Part shown: piece after piece, positions 49,923-59,486 of the stretch | Layout of the letters: each line of letters starts with the position of its first letter | How positions within the stretch are numbered: the stretch's first letter is position 1 | NCBI GenBank assembly: GCA_014729135.1 | Contig: WJKK01000001.1 | Span: 593-64,592, forward strand | Origin: a candidate division WWE3 bacterium | GTDB taxonomy: Bacteria; Patescibacteriota; WWE3; UBA101185; UBA10185 | Reading direction: 5' to 3' | Length of the DNA stretch: 64,000 nucleotides | Notes under the pieces: model-generated | The model's input: the letters and a program-made list of their open reading frames with translations, nothing else | What the model was told of the DNA's origin: nothing | The model's database searches: none | Made by a program: the position numbers and the translations under genes

Positions 49923-51125
49923 CTACCCCTCCTCCACAACAGAACCACCAAAAACCACCCGCCTATTAGGCAAAGTCCGCAAATTATAAGTCTTCACAAC
50001 CTCCTCCGGAGTAAAAACCCGCCGCTCCGGCAACGTAGGCAAAACCTCCGCCAAACGCCACTGCAAAGCCTCCACACCCTCCCCCGTTACTGCTGAAATC
50101 CCCAAAACGTCAACCCCCTCCGCTGCAAACTGCTCCACAATAGCCTCAAACGACTCCTTAACCTCCGTAATATCCAACTTGTTAATCACAACTATTTCCT
50201 TTTTCTGAGCCAATTCCTTGCTGTAGTCGGCCAACTCCGCCCGAATAGTCTTGTAAGCATCCCAAGCAGCGGTTGCTAACTCTTCAGGAGCGCCTATGAC
50301 GGTTTCTGCGCCTTTCTCAAAGTCAATTCCCCCAAAAGGATCTATCACATGCACCAACAAGCGCGTTCTTTCTACGTGGCGCAAAAATTCGTCTCCAAGG
50401 CCTTTGCCTTTACTGGCGCCTTCTATTAATCCGGGGATGTCGGCTATTAGGACGGAGTTTACGGATCCCTTCCCCAAACCGCCCGCCGGCAACTCCAAAA
50501 CCCCCAAATTAGGACTTAAAGTTGTAAACGGATAGCTTGCAGTTTTTGCATTAGATTTAGTTAATTGATTAATTAATGTACTCTTTCCGGCATTGGGGAG
50601 CCCCACCAAGCCAATATCGGCTATCATTTTGATCTCTAAAAGAAGCTCTTTTTCCTCGCCTTTAGTACCTTTTGTAAATTGCCTGGGGGCTTGATTTGTA
50701 GAACTCCTGAATCTCCAATTTCCTTTACCGCCAACGCCTCCCCTACAAATGAGTAAGCTTTGTCCACTTTCTACTAAGTCGCCTACCAAAAGCTCACCAT
50801 CTTTACCTTTTTTTCCATCTTCTCCCCTGCGCGCCTCATAAACCAAAGTCCCAACAGGAACCAAAATCTCCAAATCCTCCCCATCTTTACCGGAGCATTT
50901 CTTTTTACCGCCACGTGCGCCATCGCCTGCTTCATAAAGAGGCTTGGCTCTAAAATCCCGTAAAGTTGCCATATTATGCGTAGCCACAATGTAAACATCT
51001 CCTCCGTCGCCTCCATCGCCTCCATCAGGGCCTCCCTTGGGGATAAATTTGGCGCGTTTAAAGGAAACGTGACCATCTCCGCCATCGCCGGCTTTAACTT
51101 GTATTTTTGCTTTGTCTATTAACAT
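49923..51125 (-). CDS. obg: Obg/CgtA GTPase
   Basis: AGDGGDG..SF, GGPDGGDGG, GLPNAGKST, YPFTT, ADIPGLIEGA, FLRHVER, NKLD. Confidence 0.97.
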   Translation of the reverse strand: MLIDKAKIQVKAGDGGDGHVSFKRAKFIPKGGPDGGDGGDGGDVYIVATHNMATLRDFRAKPLYEAGDGARGGKKKCSGKDGEDLEILVPVGTLVYEARRGEDGKKGKDGELLVGDLVESGQSLLICRGGVGGKGNWRFRSSTNQAPRQFTKGTKGEEKELLLEIKMIADIGLVGLPNAGKSTLINQLTKSNAKTASYPFTTLSPNLGVLELPAGGLGKGSVNSVLIADIPGLIEGASKGKGLGDEFLRHVERTRLLVHVIDPFGGIDFEKGAETVIGAPEELATAAWDAYKTIRAELADYSKELAQKKEIVVINKLDITEVKESFEAIVEQFAAEGVDVLGISAVTGEGVEALQWRLAEVLPTLPERRVFTPEEVVKTYNLRTLPNRRVVFGGSVVEEG

Positions 51126-51577
51126 ATAAATTTAACTGAGGTACTCTTTTGAGAAGAAGCCTCCTTGCGAAAAGCTTTATCAAAAGTAACCAAATAAGCA
51201 ACCTCGTTTTTTTCAGCAATTACAAAATGGAAGGCATCACGAGGATCGAGCTTAATTTCAGTCATCAAATCAAGATATTCTAACATATTCACCATTCCGG
51301 AGGGCAACGGGAGAATTGTAGCTGCGCTAAGAACTATAAATGTAGACAATAAAACGGCTATGCTTTCGCGGGAGTGCTTGTATGTACGTAGAAGGACGTA
51401 GTAGACCTCATCAAGTGTTAAGGCGCTTAAGATTAGTTCAGCCTGTTTTTTACAAAAAGTTGCGTAGAGCTTTTTTGCCCTTTTATGATCGGGATGAGGC
51501 TTAACAAGATAAGCTATTATTACATTGGAGTCAAAGTAGACGGTTGAATTTTCCTTTATTAAAGGTTCTTGATTCAT
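51119..51577 (-). CDS. PIN-domain (VapC-like) toxin
   Basis: YFDSNVII, E, DPRDAFH, LVTFDKAF. Confidence 0.88.
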   Translation of the reverse strand: MNQEPLIKENSTVYFDSNVIIAYLVKPHPDHKRAKKLYATFCKKQAELILSALTLDEVYYVLLRTYKHSRESIAVLLSTFIVLSAATILPLPSGMVNMLEYLDLMTEIKLDPRDAFHFVIAEKNEVAYLVTFDKAFRKEASSQKSTSVKFIC

Positions 51578-51643
51578 CTTTCAGTAATTGATTAAAGGTT
51601 TACAAGCCCACCGGTTAGTGCCTCCAAAGTTTGGATGAATCCG

Positions 51644-51997
51644 TTAGAAATCCATAGAGGTATAACGTGTCCGTTTAATGACTCCTAAAATCTCCTCACG
51701 AGAAAGCTTAGGGCCATATTTAATAAGTCCGGCCATACCTAAAGCACCCGCCATACCCTCCCCTAAATGAAAGGTAACCCATTTTTGTCGGCTTGATTTG
51801 GTCTCCTGTGGAGTTTCCTTTGCGTTAAAATCTGCCGTCACTGCAACCCCTTTAAAATTCGAATTATCCTGCTCTAAATAAGAAGAAGCTGAAGGTGAGT
51901 TGAGACGGGAAACTTCAAGCAGACCTAGCTTCTTAGCTATATCAAAAGGAACTTTTATTGAGAGAGAGTCTTTGATTCTACTAATTTTCACCACCAT
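51644..51997 (-). CDS. Putative AbrB/MazE-like antitoxin
   Basis: MVVKISRIKDSLSIKVPFDIAKKLGL; directly upstream of the PIN gene. Confidence 0.6.
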   Translation of the reverse strand: MVVKISRIKDSLSIKVPFDIAKKLGLLEVSRLNSPSASSYLEQDNSNFKGVAVTADFNAKETPQETKSSRQKWVTFHLGEGMAGALGMAGLIKYGPKLSREEILGVIKRTRYTSMDF

Positions 51998-52150
51998 ATG
52001 GACATTGTAGTATTAAAATTCAATTATTTCAATACCTGTTTGGCTTAATCCGGGAATTTCTTGAAACGCTTTCAAAGCTTCCTGCTAAAAACCACTTACG
52101 CCTTTATTACCGAAAAGCTCCCATTAAAGACTCCCCTTAAAGACTAAAAA

Positions 52151-53224
52151 TTAAACCTCACTAATAACATCAAAACCCTTCAAACTCCCCGTAATAGCAA
52201 GGCCAAAAACCTTCCCTGAAATCATCTCCCGTGCCTGCAACAGCCCCGCAATCTCATTAATTGTAGCCCCCGAGCCCACCGCATCATCAATTATTAAAAC
52301 ATTTTTATAACGAGCCTTCTCCCCTACAGCAAAAGTACTTCGGGCATTTTGGATACGATCCTCCAGCTTACTTAGCGTCTTTTGCGGTATTTGAATTGGC
52401 GTTTTTAGCTTAAACACCGGAATTCTGGGCACGTCCGGAGCCAACTCCTTTTCCAACTCATCCATAAGCTGAACCTCCCTTTTCACTGTAGGAGGAACAA
52501 AAACCACACCATCTATTTGTTTCTCTCGAATAATCTCGTTAACATGCGGATTAATTTCCCGGGCAAGTTCCCGAATAAGCTTCTTATCCTGTCCCTGTTT
52601 GGCATACAACAATTTCTGCCCCAGCTTTGTCTTCCCAAATATCTCAATGCTGTAAAAATCTATGTAATAAAGCGCATCCACGTTAACCTGCTTAAACGTA
52701 CTTTTTAGCTTTGCGGTGCTGTCTATTAGGCCTTTGAATTCGCCGGATTCTTTAATTTTGCGATATTTTTTGATGAGGGAGGCGTATTTTTGCGCCATTT
52801 CCTTGTAGTTGAGGCTTCTTTGGACGCACCAATGAGCAAATCCCTTGGCCCCCTCCAGCACTTCTCCCAAAGGAGTAATTGTCATAAAGTTTTCATCTAT
52901 GATTTTTTGGGTCTGCGTATCTACTTGCGTGTCCAAACTAGCAAGTTTTGCCCCTTCCGGAGAGGATTTTCGCATGGAGGGGCTAGCCACTACTCCACCG
53001 GGTGCGGAAACAGCAGTTTGATAAAAAACAATTGGCGGCTTTCCTATTTTATGCAACTCCCCCGTTTCCAAAAGATCCTTAAGATGCTTAAAAACCGCCC
53101 TCGAACTAATTCCCAAATACTCCGTCAACTCCTTTGGAGAGGCGTTTCTGTTTTTTTCTATATAAGAAAGTATTTGCTGTTTTGTACTTTTTTTGTTTTT
53201 TTGTGGAGTTTGCGAGTGTTCCAT
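52151..53224 (-). CDS. Winged-HTH + phosphoribosyltransferase-fold protein
   Basis: ILSYIE...SPKELTEYLGISSRAVFKHLKDL; VLIIDDAVGSGATINE (PRPP-binding loop). Confidence 0.8.
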   Translation of the reverse strand: MEHSQTPQKNKKSTKQQILSYIEKNRNASPKELTEYLGISSRAVFKHLKDLLETGELHKIGKPPIVFYQTAVSAPGGVVASPSMRKSSPEGAKLASLDTQVDTQTQKIIDENFMTITPLGEVLEGAKGFAHWCVQRSLNYKEMAQKYASLIKKYRKIKESGEFKGLIDSTAKLKSTFKQVNVDALYYIDFYSIEIFGKTKLGQKLLYAKQGQDKKLIRELAREINPHVNEIIREKQIDGVVFVPPTVKREVQLMDELEKELAPDVPRIPVFKLKTPIQIPQKTLSKLEDRIQNARSTFAVGEKARYKNVLIIDDAVGSGATINEIAGLLQAREMISGKVFGLAITGSLKGFDVISEV

Positions 53225-53322
53225 GTTCACATTATACCATGTAGTGTGAACTTACGTGGGATACGGCAAGAAAAGAGCATTTGGATGACATCGAATTTTT
53301 ATCTAACACGACAGCGCACAAA

Positions 53323-54552
53323 CTAGCGCATGTAATTCAACGGATTCTGCGCAACACCGCCATACTTAACCATAAAGTGAACATGCGGACCTGTAGAACG
53401 CCCCGTATTCCCCAGTAAACCAATCATCTGACCACGACTTACACTTTCGCCATAACCCACATCCAGGCGGCTCATATGCCCATAAACCGTTTCGTAGCCA
53501 TTACCATGGTCAATTCTAATATGCAGACCAAGGCCCCAAGGATCCCAACCGGAGCGTGTCACCACTCCCCCCGTACAAGCAAACAAAGGAGGCATTGCCG
53601 TACCTGCAGGGCTGGCGATATCTATTCCATTGTGATACCACGTAAAATACTGCGTAATAATGCGCACAGAAGTTGGCCAAACACAATAAGTAGAGCTTGG
53701 AGTTGGCGCTGGCGTAGGCGTTGTGGTTCCCGGAACTGTCCCCGGAATGGAGGGGGTTACAGGCACAACCGGAGTCGGTACAGAAGCTCCGGGGATGACT
53801 AGCTCTGTGCCTAAAGCCAAAGATGACGTGTCCAAAATGTAGTTGAAATCAGCAACAGCCTGCGGAGGAACGTCATACTTTTGCGCAATTGAGCTTAAAG
53901 TGTCGCCGGATTCTACTGTGTGAATTAAGCCGGAAACAGGTGGAATTGTGATTTCATCCCCTACTGAAAGGATAGAGTTGTCGGTTAAGTTGTTGACGTA
54001 TTTTAAAGCGTCTACTGAAATTTTAAATCGGTTACCTATGGAGGAAAGTGTATCACCTCCTTGAACCGTGTAAGCAAAGGATTCTGCACGTTTTCGGCTG
54101 TCGGGAACTGTAGTTAAAGCGGTGTTTTTTCTGGGAATTATGTCGGTTGTTGAGGCCAAATAGTCGGGGTTTAGCTCTTGGCTGCTGACAAATCTGGTGC
54201 TGTTGAATACTTCGCCAAATGTGAAAACTATGAAAGCTGCTGACATGACAAAGAATGTTGCAATGGGGCGGCCTAGACGTCCTCGAGACCAGATTAGTTT
54301 GGCGGTTAAAAACTCCTTGGAAAGGTTGACTAAACGGATGGATCCGGTGAAAAGACTGAAAAATGCTTTTATCAGCTGATGCATTTTAGCGACAATATAG
54401 GTTCCGCAGGCTTTCGTAAAGAGCTTAAGGGCGTTTAGCATTTTATTAAACTGGTTAGTTCCTTCAGGTGAAAAGCCCTCAAATCTAAGCTGAAAGTAGT
54501 TGGGAGAGTTTGAGGAATCCCTTAAGGAAGCGTTTTTCCTGTAAAAAGGCAT
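53323..54552 (-). CDS. LysM x2 + M23 peptidase
   Basis: YTVQGGDTLSSI, HTVESGDTLSSIA, HNGIDIA, YGHMS, GRSTGPHVHF. Start uncertain. Confidence 0.92.
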   Translation of the reverse strand: MPFYRKNASLRDSSNSPNYFQLRFEGFSPEGTNQFNKMLNALKLFTKACGTYIVAKMHQLIKAFFSLFTGSIRLVNLSKEFLTAKLIWSRGRLGRPIATFFVMSAAFIVFTFGEVFNSTRFVSSQELNPDYLASTTDIIPRKNTALTTVPDSRKRAESFAYTVQGGDTLSSIGNRFKISVDALKYVNNLTDNSILSVGDEITIPPVSGLIHTVESGDTLSSIAQKYDVPPQAVADFNYILDTSSLALGTELVIPGASVPTPVVPVTPSIPGTVPGTTTPTPAPTPSSTYCVWPTSVRIITQYFTWYHNGIDIASPAGTAMPPLFACTGGVVTRSGWDPWGLGLHIRIDHGNGYETVYGHMSRLDVGYGESVSRGQMIGLLGNTGRSTGPHVHFMVKYGGVAQNPLNYMR

Positions 54553-54672
54553 ATGTTGCAGTAAAGTTCTGCAAGACTCATTTTACCATGCCCCCTCCCA
54601 CATCTCATCCAAAGTTTTTGAAAGCGGTTTCAGAAACGGCGGGGTTAATACGTGCTTTTCCTCAAAGCACGC

Positions 54673-54741
54673 GGCACACGTCGTTAAGAAAAAATTTGAG
54701 CACTGCGAAGCAGTGCGAGCTTTTTTCGTACGACGTGTGCC
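54673..54741. repeat. REP-like element, copy 3, with alternative stems
   Basis: GGCACACGTCG-TTAAGAAAAAATTTGAG...GAGCTTTTTTCGTA-CGACGTGTGCC. Confidence 0.8.
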
Positions 54742-54768
54742 AAGTGCGCTTAAGATTTAAGATTAAGA

Positions 54769-56028
54769 TTAAGCCTTATTCAGCGAACCCAAAAACTCCT
54801 CATTCGTCTTAGTCTTTCGCAACTTATCAAGCACCAACGAAGTCGCCTCACGATCATCCAACAAATCCACCATCCTACGCAACTTCACAACCGACTTCAA
54901 AGTATCCGCATCATACAAATGCTCCTCATGACGCGTACCACTTGCTTTAATGTCAATTGCCGGATAAATTCGGCGCTCCGCTAAACTGCGATCCAAACGA
55001 AGCTCCATGTTACCTGTACCCTTAAACTCCTCAAAAATCACATCGTCCATGCGGGAACCGGTCTCAATTAAGGCCGTAGCTATAATCGTCAAACTGCCAC
55101 CCTTTTCAAAGTTTCTAGCTGCACCAAAAAAGTGTTTAGCCGGATACAAAGAGGAAGGGTCTAAACCACCGGATAAAGTGCGGCCTGAAGGCGAAACCAC
55201 TAAGTTATAAGCACGTGCCAACCGCGTCAAAGAATCCATTAAAATCACAACATCGTCGCCTGCCTCTGCTAAGCGCTTAGCACGCTCCAAGCAGACCTCC
55301 GCAATCTTTGTCTGATGCTCAGCCCTTTGGTCAAAGTTACTGGAAAAAACCTCGCCATCTACACTACGACTAAAGTGAGTAACCTCCTCGGGACGCTCTC
55401 CTATCAGAGCCACCATGAGTTTGACATCAGGGTAGTTTGTGGTTATACCGTTGGCAATATCCTTCAAAATCCAGGTCTTACCTCCTTTGGGAGGGGCCAC
55501 TATCATTGCACGCTGGCCTTTACCTATAGGAGAAACTAAATCCAACACACGAGTAGTTAAAACATCGGGAGTGGTTTCCAGTTTCATCCATTCTTCAGGG
55601 AAAATTGGAGTTAATTTGTCGAATCTGGGACGCTTCCTAGCCTCGCCAGGAGCCATCCCTTCAATTTTTTCTACTTTTAATAGGGACAAATACCTCTCCC
55701 CCTCTTTTGGAGGCCTGGCAAGCCCCGTAATTTCATCTCCCACTCGCAATCTAAACTTTTTTATTTGGGATTGGCTGATGTAAACGTCTTTAGGGAGGTT
55801 TTCGTTTGCTACCTCTCCTTCTTCTTGGCGAATGACGCCGTAATCAGGCAAAATTTCTAAAATCCCTTTTATGGGAACTGTTTTGGAGGTGATTTTTAGT
55901 TCTCCGTTTTCTCTTTTGATATCGGATCCTCTTTGGGAGGTGCCGTTACCATTTTTGTTTTTGGCACCGTTTTTGGAGCCGTTGGCATTGTTTGACATGT
56001 TTTTTATTTTTTCCTTTGGAATGTACAT
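54769..56028 (-). CDS. rho: Transcription termination factor Rho
   Basis: DVYISQSQI, PIGKGQR, ERPEEVT, DSLTRLARAYN, GGSLTIIATAL, FEEFKGTGNMEL. Confidence 0.97.
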   Translation of the reverse strand: MYIPKEKIKNMSNNANGSKNGAKNKNGNGTSQRGSDIKRENGELKITSKTVPIKGILEILPDYGVIRQEEGEVANENLPKDVYISQSQIKKFRLRVGDEITGLARPPKEGERYLSLLKVEKIEGMAPGEARKRPRFDKLTPIFPEEWMKLETTPDVLTTRVLDLVSPIGKGQRAMIVAPPKGGKTWILKDIANGITTNYPDVKLMVALIGERPEEVTHFSRSVDGEVFSSNFDQRAEHQTKIAEVCLERAKRLAEAGDDVVILMDSLTRLARAYNLVVSPSGRTLSGGLDPSSLYPAKHFFGAARNFEKGGSLTIIATALIETGSRMDDVIFEEFKGTGNMELRLDRSLAERRIYPAIDIKASGTRHEEHLYDADTLKSVVKLRRMVDLLDDREATSLVLDKLRKTKTNEEFLGSLNKA

Positions 56029-56251
56029 AAGTAATTACTGAAGTCTTAACTTCTAAAGTAGGAAGGTAGCCACTGCCCCGTGCTACCTTCCTGCTTTAAT
56101 AGTTAAAACCAGCCCCACTTTTTGAACTTTTACGTTGTGCTGCTTCCCGTCTAAAATCCGGCTTTATGTTGCACATTTATCATTCGGAAAAGTGGTTTTC
56201 GGTGACTTTCGAAGCTTGCCGTTGTAGTTCTAAAGAATAATTAGGAAAAAT

Positions 56252-57082
56252 CTAAATCCTCTTAGCCTTAACCACAAAACGATTGTTATAAGTCCCCTCA
56301 GCGGGCACCCAAACTCCTCCGCAAGTCACAAGCGTTAAAGAAACCCCCTCCCCCTTCAAAACTCTTTCCACACGATCATCGTCAAAAATACTCACATAGA
56401 AAGTTTCGGTGATTTGATAGGCGAAAGTTCTTCCAAACGAATCAACTAAGTAGACTTTATCATTTACTTTTAGGCTTTTCAAGTTGTAAAAAGCAGCCGG
56501 CAATCCTTGCGCGTTGTCATAGTGCCCGTTAATTACAATGTTGCCTTCCTCGCCTGCTTTGGCGGAGCGCCTGTACCATCCGGCTTTGCTCCACTCTGTA
56601 GGAGTTTGCATTTGCCCGGCGGAGTTTACGTCGACTTTTTCCAGGGCGGCTTCTATTAACTTTTTTTCAGAGACTTTGCCATCGTTGTCGACTTTTTTGG
56701 CATAGATTTTCACAGGATCCTCGTATATGGGAGTTAATTTGCTGCCAAAGGCTGACGGTTTTTCTTCTGTAGAGTCAGCGTCGCTTGTGGATGTTTTGGA
56801 GGCGTTAGCCCCTCCTGTGGAGACGCCTAAAGCGTTAAGTGCTTTTACTCCGGAGGATTTAAGCTGCGCGCCTGCCTCCCCTAGGAGTTGCGCTGTTTTG
56901 CTGCCAAAATCGGATAAATTTAGTTCTATTGAAGGTAATTTTGGCACAGATACAGATGAAAATGTTTTGCTAAGAAGTTTGCTGTTTGTGTTTATTTGAG
57001 TGAAATAGATCAGTACCACACCTACAGCGATGCTTGTGCTTACTAATATTCCGGTTGTCAGATGCAACATTCTTTCTTTCAT
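56252..57082 (-). CDS. Class F sortase
   Basis: AGWY, GNIVINGHYD, FYNL..L, LTLVTCGG...YNNRFVV. Confidence 0.9.
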   Translation of the reverse strand: MKERMLHLTTGILVSTSIAVGVVLIYFTQINTNSKLLSKTFSSVSVPKLPSIELNLSDFGSKTAQLLGEAGAQLKSSGVKALNALGVSTGGANASKTSTSDADSTEEKPSAFGSKLTPIYEDPVKIYAKKVDNDGKVSEKKLIEAALEKVDVNSAGQMQTPTEWSKAGWYRRSAKAGEEGNIVINGHYDNAQGLPAAFYNLKSLKVNDKVYLVDSFGRTFAYQITETFYVSIFDDDRVERVLKGEGVSLTLVTCGGVWVPAEGTYNNRFVVKAKRI

Positions 57083-57090
57083 ATCCTATA

Positions 57091-57140
57091 AAAAGGGACT
57101 GTCCTCGTAGAGGACAGTCCTTTAAGAAGCCTGTCCCTTT
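57091..57140. repeat. REP GGGACTGTCC/GGACAGTCC family
   Basis: AAAAGGGACTGTCCTC-GTA-GAGGACAGTCCTTT. Confidence 0.8.
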
Positions 57141-57333
57141 TCGAGAGTAGTTAACTATATGTTATATAGCACTTAGGCCGGAAACAGATTAGCCGCGTAA
57201 GGACAATCCAAACCCAGCTAATCTCTTCCCGGCCCAAGATACTAAGCTTTATCTAAGCCACCAAGACTAGCTTGGTAACCAAGACAAAACCTAAAACCTC
57301 CTCCAGCCAATCCGCTTGCAACAGATTACCAAT

Positions 57334-57376
57334 ACAAGAAAGGCCCACCCACAATAAAGCGGGCAGGCCTTCTTGT
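57334..57376 (-). terminator. Terminator after LPETG protein gene
   Basis: ACAAGAAAGGCCCACCC...GGGCAGGCCTTCTTGT imperfect hairpin. Confidence 0.55.
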
Positions 57377-57452
57377 AAATAATAACCAACTAATGGCTTC
57401 GTCAGTTAAAGTCAGGCGTAAACAAAGGCTTAAAAGCCCTCATTCACCCCAC

Positions 57453-58049
57453 TTACTTTCGAGACCTCTTAATCAAAGCACCTACCACCATCAAACCAAG
57501 ACCCACAGGAATCATAGTAGTTGCAAAACCGGTCTCAGGAAGCTCCGTCACCTCCACATCGCCATAGCACACAATAGCAGTATCAGCTCCCTCAAAGGCA
57601 TCATCGTAATACAACTCAGCCTTATTCACTACACACTTATCAAAGTTTTCATTGTCAAACTCGTCCTCATCAATCTTAGCGTCAATATAGAAGGTCACAA
57701 CGTCACCGGGCTCGAAATCATCGAAGTACTCGGTTAGACCATCGCCACCCACTCTATACATCTCTTCAGGCAAAAAATCCTCCATTTTCATGTCATCAGT
57801 TTCCACCTCGCCTACATTTTCAATGCGGACTCTAAACTCTATAATCTCATCAGACTCGTCAGAATCAAGCACCAGCTTGTCCTCAAAGTCTCCTTCGTCC
57901 TTTATGCGGACTTCTTTTTCAATGCGGAAGGACTTGTTTTTAATGTCCTCTCCATACTGATCGGCATACACTTTCCCATTAGCATTTATGCCTAGGAAAG
58001 CTACTGCCGCTATAGATACTATTAAGTTTTTCATGAACTTTTTATTCAT
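57453..58049 (-). CDS. Secreted acidic DUF11-like protein with LPETG sorting signal
   Basis: Signal peptide; IEKEV...IIEFRVRIENVG...EDFLP; C-terminal LPETG + hydrophobic stretch + KRSRK. Confidence 0.88.
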   Translation of the reverse strand: MNKKFMKNLIVSIAAVAFLGINANGKVYADQYGEDIKNKSFRIEKEVRIKDEGDFEDKLVLDSDESDEIIEFRVRIENVGEVETDDMKMEDFLPEEMYRVGGDGLTEYFDDFEPGDVVTFYIDAKIDEDEFDNENFDKCVVNKAELYYDDAFEGADTAIVCYGDVEVTELPETGFATTMIPVGLGLMVVGALIKRSRK

Positions 58050-58321
58050 AGCTTATATATGTACCTTCCCTACTAATAACTATTAATAGGAAAATATACG
58101 TCTTTCTGGCAGGAAATTATATAACGCCTTGCTATCAGTCTTAATGTCTTACGCCTTTATATAGGAGTCTCTTGGAGGCTCTTATTAAAAGGATGTGTGC
58201 ATGTGCGGCAAAGCAACTTGCACTCTCAAGCGAAATGCTTTACATATCGCTTTTGGTAAGGTTTCAAACCAACAGAAGGACTAAGAAAGAGGCCGTATTT
58301 GGCCTCTCAACTAACAATGTA

Positions 58322-58413
58322 ATTATATCCCATAATTCACAAGGTGTCAAGTCTATGGGACATTAGAACTTTGTTATGTTGGTTATTATAGGTTAATACT
58401 AAGGTTTTGTCAA
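58322..58413 (-). promoter_or_regulatory. Two tandem perfect sigma70 promoters
   Basis: TTGACA-N17-TATAAT at 58350-58322 and at 58413-58385. Confidence 0.85.
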
Positions 58414-58592
58414 GTGCTATGGGATAAGTGCACTGGAGCTACACTTTACGACCCTCCAACACGACTACATCACAAAGTAGCCTTCTTAAAAGATAAAAAT
58501 TAAGATGCATAATATACTATGCGCTTTTTGCAAAAAGTGCATATTATACTTAGCACTCAAGCGCTGCACCAAAAAAAGAATTGGCTAACTAA

Positions 58593-59060
58593 CTACTCCC
58601 TCAAAGTTGGAACAATAACCTCGATTCCCTCCTCGGAAAACAACTCAAAATCCGTGGAGTTAAAAGTTACAACCCGATGAATGTCATTTGTTAGCATAGT
58701 GGCCACGAGATAAGCGTCAAAAACCATGTTAGATTTTAAATCGTATTTCGTAATAAGCTCACTAACAATGCGCCAAGAATGATATCCGGGATGAACAATA
58801 CGACAAAGACTTAAAACGGGAGCCATGCGCTCAAGAGCTACAGAAGGACTTAAGGTCTCTTTATACTTACCGTGAGTTAAAACTCGTGTTGCTTCTAGGA
58901 CATTCTGGTGTGCAACAATACCTTTAAATAGTCCTAACTCTAATTGGTTATAAACCTGAAGAGCTTCACCATGAAAATCAGACTTAGCATTAACAGCATA
59001 AACCAAAACATTGGAGTCTAGAAGAGCCGCGCCTGTTATTTCCTTTAGATACTTAGTCAT
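58593..59060 (-). CDS. PIN-domain (VapC-like) toxin
   Basis: LLDSNVLVYA, E, VFDAYLVATM, TFNSTDF; start overlaps the antitoxin stop. Confidence 0.9.
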   Translation of the reverse strand: MTKYLKEITGAALLDSNVLVYAVNAKSDFHGEALQVYNQLELGLFKGIVAHQNVLEATRVLTHGKYKETLSPSVALERMAPVLSLCRIVHPGYHSWRIVSELITKYDLKSNMVFDAYLVATMLTNDIHRVVTFNSTDFELFSEEGIEVIVPTLRE

Positions 59061-59271
59061 AAAGTTCAGCACGATCAAAATTATCCATAGCAGGATCCAA
59101 GTCAACGGGCTTTAAAGGCTGCCGCAATTCCTTCAAAGGAACTCCTAACAAACCCTCATATAACACCTTGTTAAACATATCCTGAAGAGTGCTATCCCTC
59201 TCCAGAGCCAGACGCTCCAGTTCTTTTTTTAGATCTGCATCTATTTTTACTGTGGTTTTTATTTTATTCAT
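59053..59271 (-). CDS. Ribbon-helix-helix antitoxin (VapB-like)
   Basis: KTTVKIDADLKKELERLA...TLQDMFN...L..GL; ends RAELYD. Confidence 0.85.
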   Translation of the reverse strand: MNKIKTTVKIDADLKKELERLALERDSTLQDMFNKVLYEGLLGVPLKELRQPLKPVDLDPAMDNFDRAELYD

Positions 59272-59392
59272 ATGAGAATTTTACCATTTAGATGGAAATA
59301 TGGCAAGATGGCAGATAATCCACAAAGTAGCCAAATAAGGAGTGGAAGAAAGCAAGTCTAAAAGTAAAAGCAGAAGATGTAATAAAAGAACT

Positions 59393-59486
59393 AAAAAGAA
59401 AATAAGATCAGGTACTCTAAGAGCCTAGGGTTGGTTAACATTCCTGCCGAAGTTGCAGGAGGCCCCCAACCATCCCGATCTTTAAT
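59393..59486 (-). ncRNA. Candidate structured small RNA (~90 nt)
   Basis: TTGCAG-N17-TATAAT (59521-59493); closing stem AAGATCGGG/CCTGATCTT, inner GGTTGG/CCAACC and CCTGC/GCAGG, U-rich tail. Confidence 0.45.

Noticed and set aside
49701-58558. CIRCE elements (TTAGCACTC at ~49701 and ~58550)
   Set aside because: Only left half-sites, with no GAGTGCTAA at 9 bp and no chaperone genes.
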